Shown one piece after another: positions 16,614-25,693 of a stretch of 64,000 nucleotides of DNA. Source of the stretch: Candidatus Roizmanbacteria bacterium (GTDB lineage: Bacteria; Patescibacteriota; Microgenomatia; UBA1406); the NCBI GenBank assembly GCA_024654535.1, contig JANLHL010000007.1, positions 2,395 to 66,394 of the forward strand, written 5' to 3'. Within the stretch, counting starts at the first letter, position 1. Each line of letters starts with the position of its first letter. The position numbers were made by a program, and so were the translations under genes. Under the pieces are notes generated by a model. That model saw only the letters and a list, made by a program, of their open reading frames with translations, did no database searches and was not told the origin of the DNA.

Positions 16614-18839
16614 TTACTTCTTCTTATAATACATTTCTAAACAGCGGCGAATTATTTTTTCCTTATTATTATTGACCACCGAAGGTAAACCCAGTGTTGT
16701 CGCCAAAAAAGGGTCGCTCGTCAAACCGCCGATAGACATCTTCATGAGCGTTTGAAATTTACCCAATGCAACAAGATCGTCTGCGGTGAATTTGCCACCA
16801 AATTCTTTTTCGAACAACCCAGCGTCGCGCGCGCCAACAACAAAAGTCACCAATGTTCCCACATTTCCAAAGATAGCCTTTTGAATATCTTCGTCGACCT
16901 GCCCAACGTATTGATTTGCAAGTGTAAGGTTCAATTTATATTTGCGAGCTTCAGATAAAATCTTGATAAATGAATTCGTCGCAAAATTTTGAAACTCGTC
17001 GACATACAAATAAAAGTCACGCCTCTCTTCCTCGGGTATAAACACCCTTCGCATAGCGGTGAGCTGGATTTTGGTGATAAACATGGCGCCTAAAAGTGCG
17101 GTGGTATCTTCCCCAAGCTTACCTTGTGATAAATTTAAAATCAAAATCTTCCCTTTATTCATCACCTCATCAAGCGAAAAGGTAGATCGTTTGCTATCGA
17201 CTATGCTCCTTATTCGTTGGGAAGACAAAAATTGACCAACTTTGTTTAAAATGGGCGAAATTGCCTCTGTTCGTAAACGATCAGACATTTTTTCAAATTC
17301 GTCAATCCAAAACTGCGATAAAATAGTGTCTTTCTTCGCTAAATCGGCAACTACTTTACTTCGATACTGCTTATTAGTGAGCATACGGGGAATGTCGGCA
17401 AATGTTGCATCTTCATATAAGAGAAGAGAAAGAATTGTATTTCTGAGCATATACTCGAGTCGTGGACCCCATGAATTTTGATACAACTTGTAAAAAACTG
17501 AAACAATTCCCGATGCCACAACGTCGGTATGCTGGATTCCTTCTTGATCAAATAAATTGAGCGAAAATGAACGATCCGCTGCTAGTGTCGGGTCCAGATA
17601 TATCACGTCGTTTACCCGCCTCTTGGGTATGAAGTTCAATATCATTTCGGAAAGATCTCCGTGCGGATCTACCACCGCTACTCCATGTCCATTGCGTATA
17701 TCATTGATCGCCATATTGGCAATAAGTGTGGACTTTCCTGCTCCTGTTTTTCCAATAACGTACATATGTTTTCGTCTATCTTCGTGGGCTATCCCAAATA
17801 TTTCCTCTCGATTGCGCCATTCTGTTCGAGCAAAAAAGTTGATATCAAACTTCGGTTGTTCTTTCTCAGAGATGTCTTCATTATCCGCCGGTGTGTCTGA
17901 TCGTTGCGATGTATTTCCCTCATCTGTTGCGACAGGTAAATTATCAGGGGCTTCTGAAATGTAGGTCTTCCCCCAATAAATGCTTTTTATTTTTTCAAAA
18001 CTTTTATCTGGTAAGTGCCACAGAGAAGAGAGCTCTTCCAGATTCAATAGCAACGTTTTTTGAAACAAGAAAAATTCGCGCCGGGCAATTTTTTGAAAAA
18101 GCGGTTTTTTCATAAGACCCTTGACGTGTTTATAGACAAAACTATTGCCTTCTGACAGTGTATAGATACCAAAAATACCAGCAAATTCTGCCAGTTTCGA
18201 CAGTGCTGTATCTCGGCTTTTGCCTGCGACAATGATGCGTATCTGCGCCTCTAAAAGAGGAGTCGCCAGCTTTTGAGTTATGAGCGCATTATATGGATTA
18301 CTCTCTTCTTTTCCCTCAGTACCTATCACCTTCATGCGCGAACGTATTTTTCTCTGCTTACCACTTTGATCATGCGGTGTTTTGATAACTATCTGAAAAA
18401 AGGCTTGCTCAGTAGGGCCAAGTTTCGAGAAAAAAGCCAAAATAGATGATAGTGGAGAGATGGACTGAAACTGTGTATATGTTTTTATCGGATATTCGTG
18501 TGTATAACTTAGATTTAAAACACCAACTGCAACAACGTTCCCTTTTACGACAGATAACAGCGGGTCTGCGTGTTCTTCTGTTATGAGAGTTTTTGGATAC
18601 TGAGAAAGAACTTGACTCGTAAAATAGCCGCTTAGACCGGTCGGGGTATGTATGTAAAAATGAGTCTTTTGCACAATTGAGGCGATTTCCAATGAGACAA
18701 CTTTGGGATCTTTAAGTAGCATATAGTCGACAAGTTTTCTTTTACCAATAGAAAGGAAGGATGAAAGTAACCCCACCTGCGCCGATACCGGTGTCTCCTC
18801 TATTTTAGCCGGCCGAAGTAACATATATGTATCTGGCAT
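16614..18839 (-). CDS. VirD4/TraD-type coupling-protein-like P-loop ATPase (FtsK/HerA superfamily), paralog 1
   Basis: Walker A VIGKTGAGKST, Walker B FYLYVDEFQNFAT, and ARKYKLNLTLANQYVGQ. Paralog of 39120-41474. TATAAT (18846-18851) lies 6 nt upstream of the ATG. Confidence 0.7.
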   Translation of the reverse strand: MPDTYMLLRPAKIEETPVSAQVGLLSSFLSIGKRKLVDYMLLKDPKVVSLEIASIVQKTHFYIHTPTGLSGYFTSQVLSQYPKTLITEEHADPLLSVVKGNVVAVGVLNLSYTHEYPIKTYTQFQSISPLSSILAFFSKLGPTEQAFFQIVIKTPHDQSGKQRKIRSRMKVIGTEGKEESNPYNALITQKLATPLLEAQIRIIVAGKSRDTALSKLAEFAGIFGIYTLSEGNSFVYKHVKGLMKKPLFQKIARREFFLFQKTLLLNLEELSSLWHLPDKSFEKIKSIYWGKTYISEAPDNLPVATDEGNTSQRSDTPADNEDISEKEQPKFDINFFARTEWRNREEIFGIAHEDRRKHMYVIGKTGAGKSTLIANMAINDIRNGHGVAVVDPHGDLSEMILNFIPKRRVNDVIYLDPTLAADRSFSLNLFDQEGIQHTDVVASGIVSVFYKLYQNSWGPRLEYMLRNTILSLLLYEDATFADIPRMLTNKQYRSKVVADLAKKDTILSQFWIDEFEKMSDRLRTEAISPILNKVGQFLSSQRIRSIVDSKRSTFSLDEVMNKGKILILNLSQGKLGEDTTALLGAMFITKIQLTAMRRVFIPEEERRDFYLYVDEFQNFATNSFIKILSEARKYKLNLTLANQYVGQVDEDIQKAIFGNVGTLVTFVVGARDAGLFEKEFGGKFTADDLVALGKFQTLMKMSIGGLTSDPFLATTLGLPSVVNNNKEKIIRRCLEMYYKKK

Positions 18840-18933
18840 ACGATTATTATACAGGAATAAAAAAGTGTAGAGAACCTACACATAAAATTCGGGCTTGTAA
18901 ATCGAGTTCAAGCGGTGTACACTTGCCGCAAAT

Positions 18934-20214
18934 ATGACAAGCGTGTCAGAATCTTTTAGACAGCAATGCCCACCACTCCAGTACGTTCCAACACGATCAC
19001 CTATTCATAGCGAAGCAGGGACAGTTATTCCGAGAGCACTTGAGGTTACATACGAACATTCAATGAATATGTGGGAAACAATGAATGCTTTGATGGCAGA
19101 AAAATTAGATCGCACACATTCACAGATTGTCATTGTTCCACATGCGCATGATTTCTCTACTCCATTAGCGCGTTCACTAGATACAAACCAGATAGGTCCA
19201 TATACTCCTGGTTTTTCAACGAGAAGTAGTTGGCCAGATAATGAGATGCATGTTACTCTGAAAGGTGTACAAGCACACGTAGATCATACGTATGTCGTTG
19301 CATCCCCAACAGAAACAAATAGTCTGTTTGAACTTATGCTTACTCTCGATGCTCTAAAGCGTACATATAATACTGGCTGTATAACATTGATATGTCCATT
19401 TTTGACAGGAGGGAGAGGAGATAAAAACGTTGATAAACAAGGCGATCCTCAGCTTGGTGAGGCCTTAAATATCCGCACTGTTATGGGAATGTTTAGAGAA
19501 TACGTGGATAGAATGGTCGTTTTTGAACCACACTCTAGCGCAACTCAAGCATGTGCTGCAGAAAACAATATCCCGCTCGCACCTTTTTCGCTTGGAACAG
19601 TCATGCTTGATCATATTATGAAAAATGGCGTTGCCAAAGTTAGGGGTGGTGTCCAAAGAGTAAATCCGGACCCAGATGAGTTCGTCCTCATACGACCCGA
19701 CGAAGGTAGAAATAGATCACTTAAGCTCATTGAAAGAACGAGCAGGCTACCAAGCGTGGGTTTTGACAAAACAAGACTATCGGGTAGCGAAACAAGAATG
19801 AATGGTTTAACAACTGATGAAATTAACCTCGTTAAAGGTCGGGTTGGCTTTGGCTATGATGATGAATACTCTACAGGAGGTACTCTAGAAAAAATTTTAG
19901 ACCAACTTAAAGAGTATGGCATGGTCGCATTCGCCTTCATGGTAGCACATTGGAAAGGGCCCGATAACGCTATGGGCAAAGAAGATTGGAGGACGCGGAT
20001 CCAACACCCACTTTTAACTGCCATGGCGGTGAGTAATTCGAGAGCTCCGGTAGGAAGTCTGTATAAACCTGGAACTGATACGCTATCGGAGTTAGCAGCC
20101 GGAATAGAAATCGTGTCGTTAGTAGATTTTATCCGCCAAGTAATAACTGCAGATATGCAAGGGGTTAATTTTTGGGATGACCCCGACTGGAGCAAGCTAC
20201 TTCTCCAGGGATAA
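18934..20214 (+). CDS. Divergent ribose-phosphate pyrophosphokinase (Prs)-like / phosphoribosyltransferase-fold protein
   Basis: Collinear with Prs. YVVASPTETNSLFELMLTLDALKR corresponds to IIQS...NDNLMELL..DALRR. ITLICPFLTGGRGDKN corresponds to IPYFGYARQDRR. VVFEPHS corresponds to TVDLHA. The PRPP loop is GYDDEYSTGGT. The catalytic ARQDR is replaced by GRGDK. Confidence 0.55.
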   Translation: MTSVSESFRQQCPPLQYVPTRSPIHSEAGTVIPRALEVTYEHSMNMWETMNALMAEKLDRTHSQIVIVPHAHDFSTPLARSLDTNQIGPYTPGFSTRSSWPDNEMHVTLKGVQAHVDHTYVVASPTETNSLFELMLTLDALKRTYNTGCITLICPFLTGGRGDKNVDKQGDPQLGEALNIRTVMGMFREYVDRMVVFEPHSSATQACAAENNIPLAPFSLGTVMLDHIMKNGVAKVRGGVQRVNPDPDEFVLIRPDEGRNRSLKLIERTSRLPSVGFDKTRLSGSETRMNGLTTDEINLVKGRVGFGYDDEYSTGGTLEKILDQLKEYGMVAFAFMVAHWKGPDNAMGKEDWRTRIQHPLLTAMAVSNSRAPVGSLYKPGTDTLSELAAGIEIVSLVDFIRQVITADMQGVNFWDDPDWSKLLLQG

Positions 20215-20241
20215 ACCCCTTGCTCTTTTCTAGAGGTGAAA

Positions 20242-20466
20242 TTACTTCACATCTCTCAAAAGCTCAGCTACAGAAATATCTAGCTTGTTCGCTATTTTTG
20301 CTAAGAGTCGCAACGATGGGTTAGCACCGGCCGACTCTATACGGCTAATGTATGTTCTATCTACGTGAGCAATAAAAGCAAGCTCTTCTTGCGATATTCC
20401 CTTTTGTTTGCGTAACACGCTTATACGCTTACCGACTATGTTATTTACCATAATAGTAAAAATCAT
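20242..20466 (-). CDS. XRE-family helix-turn-helix transcriptional regulator
   Basis: HTH_3 signature LRKQKGISQEELAFIAHVDRTYISRIESAGANPSLRLLAKIANKL. The ATG at 20466 is 5 nt after TGaTATACT (20472-20480). The longer ORF starts at a TTG. Confidence 0.85.
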   Translation of the reverse strand: MIFTIMVNNIVGKRISVLRKQKGISQEELAFIAHVDRTYISRIESAGANPSLRLLAKIANKLDISVAELLRDVK

Positions 20467-20730
20467 CCCATAGTATATCATATTCACCATACCAAAGCAA
20501 ATCACACTAGGCCATACCAATATTATACATATCAGATGTGTATAATATGAAATACTTTTCTTTCCTTAGAAAGGTCATATTTTACGGTTGACGGAAAAGT
20601 ATGCAGCAGCTATAAGAGTAATTACCAGTATCCCCAGCCCCACACACCTTCACATACTGACCGAACGACAATACATTAATTTGAGCTTGTTTAAAAAAAT
20701 CTGAAATGATTTGCGTTATAATAGCCATAT

Positions 20731-23700
20731 ATGTTCAAAAAGGTTATTCGCTTTATCCAAGATCGGCCTTTTTTTTGCCTCATCTTGCTGCTTCTTACCA
20801 TTATTTCATTTACGATAATAAAGCCAGACCTTTTCCTTGCCGGTTGGGACAACTATTCCTCGTACCTTAATTTGTCCGCAAACATTCCCCGCACATTCTT
20901 TGCTACCTGGCGTGCGCACCGCGGCCTTGGTGTCCCTTCAGATTCAGAGGTTACCGATATCTTTAGACAGCTATTCTCTCTCATTGTCCAACCCATTATC
21001 GGGAAACAACTCGTAGACCAACTCTACATTATAGTTGCACTCAATTTGGGCGTCCTCATAATGTATGCATTTGCACAGGTTCTTTTCAAACAGTATATAA
21101 GTAAACACAAACCGCACCTTGCACATTTTGAAGATATTTTCTCAGCTATGGCTGCTTTCTTTTACTTATTTAATGTAAACACGCTCGCCGTGTTTTACTT
21201 TCCCATACAACCGTTTGTAACACGTTTTTTCACCTTGCCGACGACTTTTTTGCTGTTCCATATTTTTCTCCATACCCCGCCAAAGCGTTTCCTGTCATAC
21301 CTATCTTTAGGGTTACTTTTCCTATTTTGTTCAACGAGTTTTGTCATAGGAACAGTATTTCTTACGATCGTTATGGGTCTTGGTTTGTACATGCTTTTTC
21401 AAAAAAATATTGGAAAAAACATACTAGTTTTTTTACTTTTTCTCGCGATAAACGCATTTTGGCTTTTGCCATTTCTCAACTATACAGTACAAAAATCTGC
21501 CATTATCCGACTTGCCCCCACATTTATAGAGGCCAATGAAACTCAGCTCAATAAACCAAAATCGTACTATAGCTTTACAAAACAAGTTCTTTTGTTTCCC
21601 AGTTTTTTTGAAACAAAAATTTCAAATCTTAATCACACACAAAGTGATTACTTACACCCACTAGCCCATACATTTCAACAACCTCTCACGAAAGCACTGC
21701 TCTCTATATTCCCAATACTTGCATTTGTAGGGCTGCTTTTCTTGCTCCGGAATCCGAGGAAAAACTTTATATTTCTATGGATTCCCAGTATGTATATACT
21801 TTTTCTACTTCTTTCAATGAAACAGTATTCACCAGTTGGATTTTTGTATGCATATTTCGATAAGCATATACCACTTTTTGGTGTACTGTTTCGATTTGGT
21901 GATACTAAATTTCACCCTATGGTAGCCTTCGCAGGTAGTATATTAGCTCCATTCTCCATTCTGTGGATTGTCGCAAAGACTAAAAAAATTATCGTATCAG
22001 TAGCAACGGTCGTTATCTTTGTAGCTTCAGGAGTAATTTTTTATACCTACTTTACTGGTAATCTCATTGGCTTTTTCATGTACAATAAAATCCCAAGCGC
22101 ATACACTTCGATTGTAAATACCATTAATAGTGACGCTCTTGATGGTCGTGTATTGCACATCCCCTACGATTCAAACATCTATTGGCGAAGCTACAGCTGG
22201 GGGTATGTCGGATCAGAGTTCTTGGGTTTTATGTTAAACAAACCACTCGTTGAAAAAACATTTGAGCCAGCGAGTATGGAAAACGCCAACGTAAACACAC
22301 GGATAGATGAGCTTATTAAAAACACGCAATCTATAACTACCCCTGATGGCCTTTTACAAAGAACGTCGGATATGTACACACTGTTAGTAAAAACTGGTAT
22401 CAGATATGTCATACTCGATGAAACAGTATCAAGTACTGTGCCCTCTCGAGGAACAATCTTCTGGGGAAACTACCCAACAGCAGACAGCACCAAACTCATG
22501 CAGTCTATGCTTCAACAGGGATACGTTACCGTACGTTCAACTCAAAAAGTAGATTTGAGAAACTATATAAACACCTATCCAAAACAATTTACTATCTCCC
22601 AAGAACAAGAGCAGACAATCAAAAATGCTCCGCCACAATATATTACGCTCTACGAAGTGAAAAATCCTACTCCCTCGGTAACATTTTCTGATACGAGTAC
22701 CTCTATAGATCCACACTTTACAAGCCTGTTATCAAGCCCTCTACTGCGAACAGATAGTACACTTATGCAAAGTCGACACGAAAAGGCATACCTACTGTTT
22801 CCCTTTTTACGAAATGACCTTCCTCTTACCTTTAATGAAAAATCGGTTCATCTTTCGTTTAGCTCGCTTCCTAAAAGCCCACGCATAGTGTCGGCAGAAG
22901 CAGATACTACCCACTATGTTGAAGTAACCGCCCAAGTTGTTAATGATGCAATGCGTTTCCATTTCTTCATACACCCATTTCCAACAGCTGACCGCTACTT
23001 AGCTGGCACGCTCGATGTTCCGTTGGATGAAATAGAAAAAGCGCATGCAACCGAAAACAGTATTTATTCGTTTGCGAGCAATTGGCATGTATTGCCAAGT
23101 ACTTTTATTGGCCCGTTGCGACTTCGAATAGGCGATACTATCTTGCCGGTGCCTTTGGGCGTGACCGCGACTGAAAAAACTATCGGTTCAGTACTCATAT
23201 ACGACCAAAAACCCTTTGTTGAGGCACTCGTTATGAAAGACGAGCTCCCTATCGAAACAACAAACGCACGTTCTACCGATAATCCAAACTGTTTCCAAGA
23301 TGCGCAAGACGGGTATATGAGTTCTTTCACCTATAAAAACAATACTTTGAATATAACAGGTAAAAACGGCTCAACGTGCGCTGTAGCCCAATCTACCATA
23401 CAAACTGCGGGTGAATCACTCCATGCAGAATTTGCACTCACAGTGAATGGTACAAACAAAAATAACGATACCTATACCTTGCCATTTGCCAACCTACCTA
23501 AGCCACTGCAAATGCGCGTATGTATACAAAAGCAAAATGTAGATACCTGTCTTAATACACACGAAGTAATACAAGTGAATTCTGAAGAGAAAAAAATAGT
23601 GTTCCCGTTCAATACATCAGTACAGAAGGATGAAGAAATAACTGCCGTACTATCAGCCCTTAGTGCAGGTAGCCAAGAGTATGCATTGAATATAAAAAAT

Positions 23701-24708
23701 GTGTCGCTTCGCACCTTTGCGCCAATTTCTCATGCAACGCTGACGCTGCCAACCCTGCCCCAGACTGTTCCCTTTACTAGCCAAGATTTTAGCTTTGCAA
23801 AACCACTTTCGCCCAACTCATTCTATTCTCAGACTGGCATGGATGGATGGTATATACCGAGTTACGCTACGTGTGGCTCATCGACAACATACCGCACGGT
23901 ACGTATACTCAATGGTTCATACGTAAATTACAGTGATAACTGTGATACCGATATATTTCAGAAAGTACCCTTCTCAAGCGAGAACTTTCATCTATTCCAT
24001 ATCGCATATAACCTTGCTTCGGGCCAATTTCCACGCATGATAGTACGCGACAAATTTACCACATACCTATCTACTCGCGCTTCTCTCAATCAGGGCTATC
24101 CGGATATAGCGGGGTTTAAGACATATACAGGTGGCAAAACACTACCAACACTTTCACCTGTTTCTGCGTACACTTATATATATGCGAAGCCCTATTATCA
24201 GGATACAAAAGACAAAGAATATACCATTTCCCAATATTCTGAAAATGTTGCGGTAACTGCGCTCTACGGCATCGATAGTATTGAGCTGCCACGTTCATGG
24301 GAAAACATACGTATATCTTCACAAAAACATACCTCAAATACCTACGCTGTCCCTAGAGAGTACCAAGCTGTGCGTTTGTTACCATCGCTTGTGCACATAA
24401 CGATTAAGCCAAATGAACAATCACCCCAAGCTAATCAGTTGCTCATATTCAACGAAGCGTACGACGCACAGTGGGGTGTTTATAAGAATACATTTGATGT
24501 AGTGTTTGGAAGATCGCTCCCTATACCACACGCCACATGCAATGGGTATGCAAACTGCTTTGTGCTACCTGACAGATATACCGATGTGTACCTATTTTAT
24601 TGGCCAGAGCGCCTGGGCATTATTGGGTGGCTAGTGACACTTGGGGTACTTTTTTTGGCGACAGGCGTGCGTAGGCTTTTTCTTTCATTAAAACGAGACC
24701 GTTCATAA
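20731..24708 (+). CDS. 1325-aa polytopic membrane protein, GT-C-fold glycosyltransferase-like (AftD/DUF3367-like architecture), C-terminal TM anchor
   Basis: About 12 N-terminal TM helices, an ~850-aa soluble region and a final TM helix (IIGWLVTLGVLFLATGV). The function is inferred from architecture only. Confidence 0.4.
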   Translation: MFKKVIRFIQDRPFFCLILLLLTIISFTIIKPDLFLAGWDNYSSYLNLSANIPRTFFATWRAHRGLGVPSDSEVTDIFRQLFSLIVQPIIGKQLVDQLYIIVALNLGVLIMYAFAQVLFKQYISKHKPHLAHFEDIFSAMAAFFYLFNVNTLAVFYFPIQPFVTRFFTLPTTFLLFHIFLHTPPKRFLSYLSLGLLFLFCSTSFVIGTVFLTIVMGLGLYMLFQKNIGKNILVFLLFLAINAFWLLPFLNYTVQKSAIIRLAPTFIEANETQLNKPKSYYSFTKQVLLFPSFFETKISNLNHTQSDYLHPLAHTFQQPLTKALLSIFPILAFVGLLFLLRNPRKNFIFLWIPSMYILFLLLSMKQYSPVGFLYAYFDKHIPLFGVLFRFGDTKFHPMVAFAGSILAPFSILWIVAKTKKIIVSVATVVIFVASGVIFYTYFTGNLIGFFMYNKIPSAYTSIVNTINSDALDGRVLHIPYDSNIYWRSYSWGYVGSEFLGFMLNKPLVEKTFEPASMENANVNTRIDELIKNTQSITTPDGLLQRTSDMYTLLVKTGIRYVILDETVSSTVPSRGTIFWGNYPTADSTKLMQSMLQQGYVTVRSTQKVDLRNYINTYPKQFTISQEQEQTIKNAPPQYITLYEVKNPTPSVTFSDTSTSIDPHFTSLLSSPLLRTDSTLMQSRHEKAYLLFPFLRNDLPLTFNEKSVHLSFSSLPKSPRIVSAEADTTHYVEVTAQVVNDAMRFHFFIHPFPTADRYLAGTLDVPLDEIEKAHATENSIYSFASNWHVLPSTFIGPLRLRIGDTILPVPLGVTATEKTIGSVLIYDQKPFVEALVMKDELPIETTNARSTDNPNCFQDAQDGYMSSFTYKNNTLNITGKNGSTCAVAQSTIQTAGESLHAEFALTVNGTNKNNDTYTLPFANLPKPLQMRVCIQKQNVDTCLNTHEVIQVNSEEKKIVFPFNTSVQKDEEITAVLSALSAGSQEYALNIKNVSLRTFAPISHATLTLPTLPQTVPFTSQDFSFAKPLSPNSFYSQTGMDGWYIPSYATCGSSTTYRTVRILNGSYVNYSDNCDTDIFQKVPFSSENFHLFHIAYNLASGQFPRMIVRDKFTTYLSTRASLNQGYPDIAGFKTYTGGKTLPTLSPVSAYTYIYAKPYYQDTKDKEYTISQYSENVAVTALYGIDSIELPRSWENIRISSQKHTSNTYAVPREYQAVRLLPSLVHITIKPNEQSPQANQLLIFNEAYDAQWGVYKNTFDVVFGRSLPIPHATCNGYANCFVLPDRYTDVYLFYWPERLGIIGWLVTLGVLFLATGVRRLFLSLKRDRS

Positions 24709-25522
24709 TTCGCTTTATACCTATATACACGCTCCAGTTAAATTGTGGAGAAAAGAGAAGCCCGCTTACCAACTGTAGCACCCAAAACCCTTGCGCCACA
24801 AGTGGTGCAGGGCCCACGTGTGTGTGTGCCCACCGATGGGTTTTATACAGCTTCACCGTAAGCTTTTTGAAAAAGCGAATAGATGCGGCTTTTTTGTGCC
24901 AACGAACACGAGTGAGTGGCAGTTGCACATTTGCAAGCTCACCCACCATACCCATGCGATACCAGAGCTGCGTATCGTCTGCCGGCCAGTAGGCTTGGCT
25001 ATACCCACCAACGTTCAAAGCTGTTTCTTTGCGATACATGACAGACGGATCTGCAAATGGGCTCACAAAAAACCATGAATCTTTTATTTCGCTGTCGGTT
25101 TCTAAAAATTCAAGCACGGTATTTCTGTCACCAAAGTATTCTATGTGCGAACCAACTGCTACCACTGCTACATTTTTTTTAAGAAATGCTACCTGCTTTG
25201 ACAAGCGTTTCGGCAGCATATAATCGTCTTGGTTGAGTCGAGCAATATACTCTCCGCGGGCTTTTTTGAGCGCATAGTTTAAGACTCTACCCAACCCTAT
25301 ATTTTTAGATAATGCATAGAAACGCACGTTTGTATATTTTCTTTGCAGTGCCCGGCACAGTTTTTTACTGTGATCGGTAGAATTGTCATCGATTAAAAGT
25401 ATCTCAAAGTTTTTATAGGTACTCTGTTGCACAGAAAAAACCGCCTCTTCTAAATACGAGGCACCGTTAAACACCGGTATCACTACCGTTACCAATGTTT
25501 TGTTTCTTTTTTTTATATCCAT
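24620..25522 (-). CDS. Family 2 glycosyltransferase
   Basis: VTVVIPVFNGASYLEEAVFSVQQSTYKNFEILLIDDNSTDHS followed by a QDD (DxD-like) motif. The 3' end overlaps the convergent gene by 89 nt. Confidence 0.85.
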   Translation of the reverse strand: MDIKKRNKTLVTVVIPVFNGASYLEEAVFSVQQSTYKNFEILLIDDNSTDHSKKLCRALQRKYTNVRFYALSKNIGLGRVLNYALKKARGEYIARLNQDDYMLPKRLSKQVAFLKKNVAVVAVGSHIEYFGDRNTVLEFLETDSEIKDSWFFVSPFADPSVMYRKETALNVGGYSQAYWPADDTQLWYRMGMVGELANVQLPLTRVRWHKKAASIRFFKKLTVKLYKTHRWAHTHVGPAPLVAQGFWVLQLVSGLLFSPQFNWSVYIGIKRIMNGLVLMKEKAYARLSPKKVPQVSLATQ

Positions 25523-25628
25523 GTTTTCAAGTTTAAAATTAAAAATGAAAAGTTAAAAATGAGATGACGAATGTTCTAACTTTACACTTTTCACTTATAA
25601 TTTTAAGTTTTTAAAAAAAGGCTTTGGT

Positions 25629-25658
25629 CCCCCCGTTCAGTATTTCATGAACGGGGGG
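25629..25658 (-). terminator. Hairpin CCCCCCGTTCA-N8-TGAACGGGGGG downstream of the lipoprotein gene
   Basis: 11-bp perfect GC-rich stem. On the minus strand it is followed after 9 nt by TTTTTTT. Confidence 0.5.
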
Positions 25659-25693
25659 ACCTCGGCTATTCAGTTGTAAGTCTAGGAGTGAGG

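Noticed and set aside
25523-25620. A second repeat family, AAGTTTAAAATTAAAAATGAAAAGT / ACTTTTCACTTATAATTTTAAGTTT (an inverted pair at about 25529-25610) with a related TTTTCACTTTTAATTTTAAAC at about 63536-63560.
   Set aside because: There are only three short, very AT-rich and imperfect matches. These could arise by chance in AT-rich promoter or terminator DNA. I noted it but it is not strong enough to call a family from this window alone.
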